Positions 58,312 through 64,000 of a stretch of 64,000 bases of DNA are shown one piece after another. The first letter of the stretch is position 1. Every line of letters begins with the position of its first letter. Both the position numbers and the translations under genes were made by a program. A model generated the notes under the pieces. It searched no databases, was not told the DNA's origin, and was given only the letters and a program-made list of their open reading frames with translations. Where the stretch lies: positions 340,132,001-340,196,000 of the forward strand of contig OZ024740.1 of the NCBI GenBank assembly GCA_964016885.1. Reading direction: 5' to 3'. This stretch comes from Eledone cirrhosa. Taxonomy: Eukaryota.

Positions 58312-59054
58312 GCATGGTGAACTAACTGTTGTGTAACCACTTCTATATATATATATATATATATATTGTTTGCTGTTCTTACTTAATCTTGCCTATATGT
58401 GGTGTAATTAAATATATGTTTTAAGAAGGCCAACTAAGATACAACAATCAATAAACCATATTCTGAAAGCTCAACATGAATGATCTTGAAGAAAAGATGG
58501 TGGGATTAGAGGACGGTGGTACAACAAACTCTTGGGGTTGGGGTGGAGCAGGGTATTCATATGTCTTGTGAGACCATAAATCTGTGCTTGAAAAATTCCC
58601 CTTCAAGGCACAAGCCTGGGCAAGGCTTTCTGTTGGAAACCAGCAGTCATCCATACATGTAAGTCTCCCTCTCTGTATCAATGAGATTGTTGAAGAAAAA
58701 GGCAAGAGCTGATACAGCCTGGCTCTAGTATCATTACAAGTGAATTTTGACCGCAAAGGACCAAAAGAGATGCTATTTAACACACTAACAAAGCAGACAA
58801 TCCATTGTCTTAGACTAAGATTTGAACTCAGAGAATAGAGAAGTGCAATAAATACCATGAGACATTTAATCCAAAGCTTTAACAACTCTGCTAGTTTGTA
58901 ATAAACTTTATTCCTTCTAAACACTAAGAAATTTCTAAAGAATAGGAAATTCAATCTCTGTTGAGAAATATGATATAAATGGCTTCTATGGCGACATCAT
59001 GTGAGGTTTGAACATATATAAGGCCAATCATCTATACAAACACATTTTGATCCA

Positions 59055-59640
59055 TTGTCATCATCATCTTTATGTCCATTTTTCATCATCATCTTTGATC
59101 CATTATCATCATCATCTTTATGTCCATTTTTTCGCACTTATCTGGGTTGGAGGGGTCCTTTTCAGCACAGCATCTCTCCACTCGCCGCATTCCTTCATTA
59201 TCTCCTCTGCGAGTCTCAGTGATTTGAGATCAGCTCTCACCAGGCCATCCTTGGTCTACCTCTACTGCAGCTTCCTTCCACTGGGACTTCCTGGCACTCC
59301 ACCCAGTGATCATCATCTATGTGCATCACATGTCTGTATCGATGCAATCTTCTCTCTTGCACACCACTTCGGATTTTTCTTAATCCCAGTTTCTCCCTCA
59401 GTTCATCCACTTTTTGCCCATGTTTCACTACCATGCAGTAACACACTTCGCACACAGGCATCATACAATTATCCTTTTGTACTTAGAGAGAAACCTTTTG
59501 TTGTTAATAGTGGGAACAGCTCTCTAAACTTCTTCCATCCTTTCCTTATTCCAGCTATTATGTTCTCAGAGCACCCGCCTTCACTAGGTCACCCAGATAG
59601 CAGAAGCTATCAACCACTTCTATGGATCCTACCTGACACT
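59055..59640 (-). mobile_element. Old RTE 3' fragment
   Basis: Homologous to the GGCSE..WKKFREL..GRPR region. Confidence 0.72.
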
Positions 59641-61622
59641 ATCTATTTTTATTAATTTTGTTTTGCAATTGGTGAACAATAACATTATTGGTTATAAGAT
59701 TCTAATGGGCCAATTGCTGATTCATCGCATGTCTCTATAATCAACTTCAACACAATATGTCTGTCTATTCAACATCTACACACTGTGTATATATATATTC
59801 AATATCTATACACTCTCTTTGTCTTTCTATTCAACATATACATACTATATCTGCCTGTTTACTTAATGTTGATACACTGTCTATTCAATATCCATACTCT
59901 GTACTTATCTCTCTATATATAAACACACTATATAGATATTGAATAAAGAGATAGACTGCATAGCTGTTGAATAAAGAGACACAGTGTGTAGATGTTGAAG
60001 GTGATGGTTTAGTAAAGATTGGAGTTGAAAGTAATAAAGAGATCAAGGATCATTAGAGTTTGTGTGTTGGACAGAGTGGTATACAGGAGTTGAAACTAAT
60101 TGTAAAGATTTGACGATTGCAAAATATTTGGTTTCTGCACTAAAAATACCAGTGTTGGGTGAGTGTAAAAGCAAGAATAGTTGTGAACATTGAAGTCACT
60201 TTCAATGATTTCAGAGTGAGGTGGAGTGTTTTGATGCAGAAAAAGACATAGTTATGGTTGAAGATTTTGTTCATGATTAGAATGTGTGAGATACAACAGA
60301 GAGCTCCACCAGCATGCTCTCAAATGAAGCTGTTGTACAGGAAGCATTTACACAAAATATGAACTACATGATGACAACATTCTGATTCTCATGGAAGATA
60401 CGGTTGGTCTGGCCGAAGGCTATACTGATATGAAATGAAACATTGTTTTTGCTAAAATTCTTGGCACTGAGCGTTCACAGGTGTGTGATAGATGAAGCTT
60501 ATCCAGTCAACATCTACACGCTGTGACTATTAAATATCCATTTTGTGTGTCTCTCAAATAGTATTTTTCAGCCACTTGATAGGTTAGACTATTTATAGAA
60601 AACATGAGAAACAATACTTTATAGATATGCATGGCTGTGTGTTTAAAAGGGGGTTTGTGGTTTGATCCTACTGTGCTACATGTTGAGCAAATGTCTTGGT
60701 TTCAGTAATGCCTTGTTTGTGGAAATTGGTAGGAAGAAACTGCAAACGCCCATCATATATCATCATCATCATCATCATGCATGTACATATGTATATATAT
60801 GTATGTATGCTTCAAGCACAGGCATTGCTTGATATATGACATTTTTTGCAATGCATCGCCTAACCCTAACCCTAACCATCTAACCCATGCTAGCGTGGAA
60901 GATGGACGTTAAACGAAGATGATGATGATGATGATCGTATTGCCTGCCATAGGCAAGTCTCCCTAGCTGGACTAAAAAGCCATTCTTTGTGATGCTCATG
61001 CTTAAGTTTCAAGCAATGGCATTACTCGAAATCGAGTTGCAGCCATCATCATAATCATTATGTATGTGTCTGTGTGTGTATTAGTATGTGTTTATGTGGA
61101 TGTACATGTGTGGGTGTCTATGTTTATATCCCATAACTTAGCAATTTTATAAAAATGAGATTGATTAAATAAGTACAAGACTTGAAGAAATAAGTACTGG
61201 AGGTTCATATAATCAACTAAATTAAGGTGAAGCTCCAGCATGGTCTCAGTCAAACGATGGAAATCAGTAAAAGAATAAAAGAATGTTACATATTTGTTTT
61301 AAGATGTGTCCTAATATTCTTTGTGGAATACATGCCCCTTTCCTGCAGTGTGGAGGAGGATTTGTCTGATATAGAAGTAGTAAACAGAACATAGCTAGTG
61401 GGTGTGTAGCAGACAAAGCAACTTGGGTGGGGAAAAGGAGGAGCAGGAGGAGGAGGAAAGAATTTTATGTGGGAGACATACATTGACAGTCAGATACAAT
61501 AGCCATGATCTAAATATATGTTCATATATATGCACAAACCAACTGAGTGTGACTGGGGGGGGGGGGGGGCTGTGTATATGTGTGTATGTATGTGTGTCAG
61601 TGTGGGTGTATGTGCAAGTGTG

Positions 61623-61687
<65 letters not shown>

Positions 61688-61839
61688 CAACAACAACATT
61701 CCACCCTCTATTCAATGAAAAATCAACTTAAGTCAATGAAAGTCAAAAGTAAGTTTTCAAATGACACAGAGTTGACAAAGACATAAAATTAGGTCAGACC
61801 AGCCATGCAACTGAGTAATTTTATTATAGCACATAATGA

Positions 61840-63265
61840 TTATTACCTCTGCCATAGATTAGTTATGCTATGATAGTGTTTGCCTCAGTCATAGCTTAGT
61901 GTAAGCTATGATAACTGTTACCTCAGTCATAGCTGAGGGTAAGCTATGATAGTGTTTGCCTCAGTCATAGCTTAGTGCAAGCTATGATAATTGTTACCTC
62001 AGTCATAGCTGAGGGTAAGCTATGATAATTGTTACCTCAGTCATAGCTGAGGGTAAACTATGATAATTGTTACCTCAGTCATAGCTGAGGGTAAGCTATG
62101 ATAATTATTGCCTCAGTCATAGCTTAGTGCAAGCTATGATAATTGTTACCTCAGTCATAGCTGAGAGTAAGCTATGATAATTGTTACCTCAGTCATAGCT
62201 GAGGGTAAGCTATGATAATTGTTACCTCAGTCATAGCTGAGGGTAAGCTATGATAATTGTTACCTCAGTCATAGCTTAGTGCAAGCTATGATAATTGTTA
62301 CCTCAGTCATAGCTGAGGGTAAGCTATGATAATTGTTACCTCAGTCATAGCTTAGTGCAAGCTATGATAATTGTTACCTCAGTCATAGCTGAGGGTAAGC
62401 TATGATAATCATTGCCTCAGTCATAGCTTAGTGCAAGCTATGATAATTGTTACCCCAGTCATAGCTGAGGGTAAGCTATGATAATCATTGCCTCAGTCAT
62501 AGCTTAGTGCAAGCTATGATAATTGTTACCCCAGTCATAGCTGAGGGTAAGCTATGATAATCATTGCCTCAGTCATAGCTTAGGTAAGCTATGATAATTG
62601 TTACCTCAGTCGTAGCTGAGGGTAAGCTATGATAATTGTTACCTCAGTCATAGCTGAGGGTAAGCTGAGGTATTCAGGGTATATAAAAGGAGAGGGTTCA
62701 TTTGGTATATCACTAAGGTCCTGGAGAATCATGGATGAACCTGGAGATATATGATGCGCCCAACTCTGTAAAATAGCCCCTCAGCCCATTTGAATAGAAA
62801 GGAGTTCTCTCTCTAGTGTGGGGACAAAAGCCATCTTATTTCACCTCTTAGAGAAAGCTATGATAGTGTAGTGACCTACATTCTGAGGGCTCATGGATAC
62901 ATTCTCCATACGTTGTTTGGCTCAGTTCAGTCAATCGCTACCAGCGTAGGGAGATGTATCTCGACTTCCGCCCAGAGGGAAAAATTCCCGCTTCTTTTCA
63001 AAAAACTCTCTCTTGCATCTCGACACCAGGAGGTAAACATCTCTTGATTTTGCTCAACAAACTTTCCAAAATGTAGCTACCAGAATTCTCCGAGCCGTGG
63101 CTTCTAACTTCTGCCACTGGTCTGCGTATTCCTTTTACAGCATCTTAATTTGTTTTATTTCATTTCTTATGACATGTCCTCACAGCTAACTCAACTTCTC
63201 GTCTTTGTAAATAAATTATATATCAAAAAACGTTGTAATGCCTTATGATGATATTTTCCACAACA
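61840..63265 (+). mobile_element. Probable LTR with expanded internal repeats
   Basis: TATATAAAA ~62,680, AATAAA ~63,210, ends ..CACAACA; 5' end not defined. Confidence 0.42.
61867..62665. repeat. 38-bp minisatellite (~21 units, two variants)
   Basis: GCTATGATAATTGTTACCTCAGTCATAGCTGAGGGTAA / ..GCTTAGTGCAA. Confidence 0.95.
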
Positions 63266-63397
63266 TTACTTTCAACTGCTTCAACGATGACTTCAATGAT
63301 ACAATATACAAGCAAATATTAACATTCATAACACAACATATATCCATATATCTCTCTCTCTTATTAACTATCCTCTTAAACCATTTCTAAATTGGGG

Positions 63398-63946
63398 ATC
63401 CTGCATCTAATAGAATGGTAGAGCGTTTTCATCGCCAGTTAAAAGCCGCATTGCATGCCTATCTGGATACTCTACATTGGAGCGACTACCTCCCCATAGT
63501 ATTACTCGGTATCCGCACTTCAATTAAAGAGGACCTTGGATTCTCTCCAGCCGAACTTTTGTATGGCACTACTCTATCTTTGCTAGGGCAGATGCTTGCC
63601 CCAGTCGACCTTTCTACTCAGGATCCTACACTATGTGACTCATTTGCGTTTGTATTTTCAAGTTCTGCCTCCTATGAACACTAAGCAACAAGCCATTAAA
63701 TCTTTGGTTCCGAGGGACATTGCCTCGTGGACCCATGTTTTTGTCAGAAATAACGCAGTGAGAAGTCCTCTCCATCCACCTTATTCTAGACCCTATCGCG
63801 TACTTGCACGTACAAACAAACATCTCACCATTGACTTTAATGAACATAAAGACACAGTCTCTATTGACAGACTAAAGCTGGCCTACACAGATGCTCTCAC
63901 ACCAGAGCCTCATACTCCCCCCGCCTCCTACAATTTGTCAATATAA
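63398..63946 (+). pseudogene. Ty3/gypsy integrase C-terminal remnant with GPY/F region
   Basis: MVERFHRQLK..LPIVLLGIRT..SPAELLYG, then frameshift to VFVR..PPYSRPYRVL..VSIDRLK. Confidence 0.88.
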
Positions 63947-64000
63947 ACACCACCGCAAACACCACAATCACATACAAACACTCCTTTACCTTCAACATAC

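Larger units (their letters stand above)
56298..58345 (+). mobile_element. Third Naiad-like PLE, 5'-truncated, 165-bp inverted arm
   Basis: 56,363-56,527 = rc(58,181-58,345) with a few differences; TA flanks. Confidence 0.9.

Noticed and set aside
58448-58954. 168-aa ORF or possible host exon
   Set aside because: No recognisable domain or convincing splice pair; cannot be excluded without RNA data.
60858-60878. (CCCTAA)n interstitial telomere
   Set aside because: Only about three units, next to an RTE tail that itself contains CTAACCC.
61867-62665. CRISPR-like array (also 42,961-43,320)
   Set aside because: No unique spacers, no cas genes, eukaryotic context.

Overview
Eukaryotic, repeat-dominated DNA with no recognisable host gene; the SINE/RTE repertoire and microsatellite load suggest an octopus-like mollusc (inference). 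Positions 1-39,050 and a smaller island at 54,170-58,400 are long degenerate (TA)n arrays packed with retroelements. These include a near-complete Neptune-type Penelope-like element (PLE; RT + GIY-YIG) with an upstream ORF apparently joined by a -1 frameshift, three Naiad-like PLE families, RTE LINEs with a PHD finger inside the RT, and a CR1 fragment with apparent clustered A-to-G changes. There are also about ten short, mostly non-coding fold-back elements. Most PLE-type inserts carry a minimal type I hammerhead ribozyme (about a dozen families, several non-canonical cores, mostly palindromic stem III) and are built as two inverted arms whose 3' ends face outward into (TA)n. The rest (39.8-54 kb, 58.4-64 kb) is ordinary old SINE/LINE/MITE debris, ending in a probable LTR and a gypsy integrase remnant. 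Nearly all ORF-track entries made of YI/CV/HT repeats are microsatellite artefacts. All structures were read by eye; no alignment, folding or database search was run.
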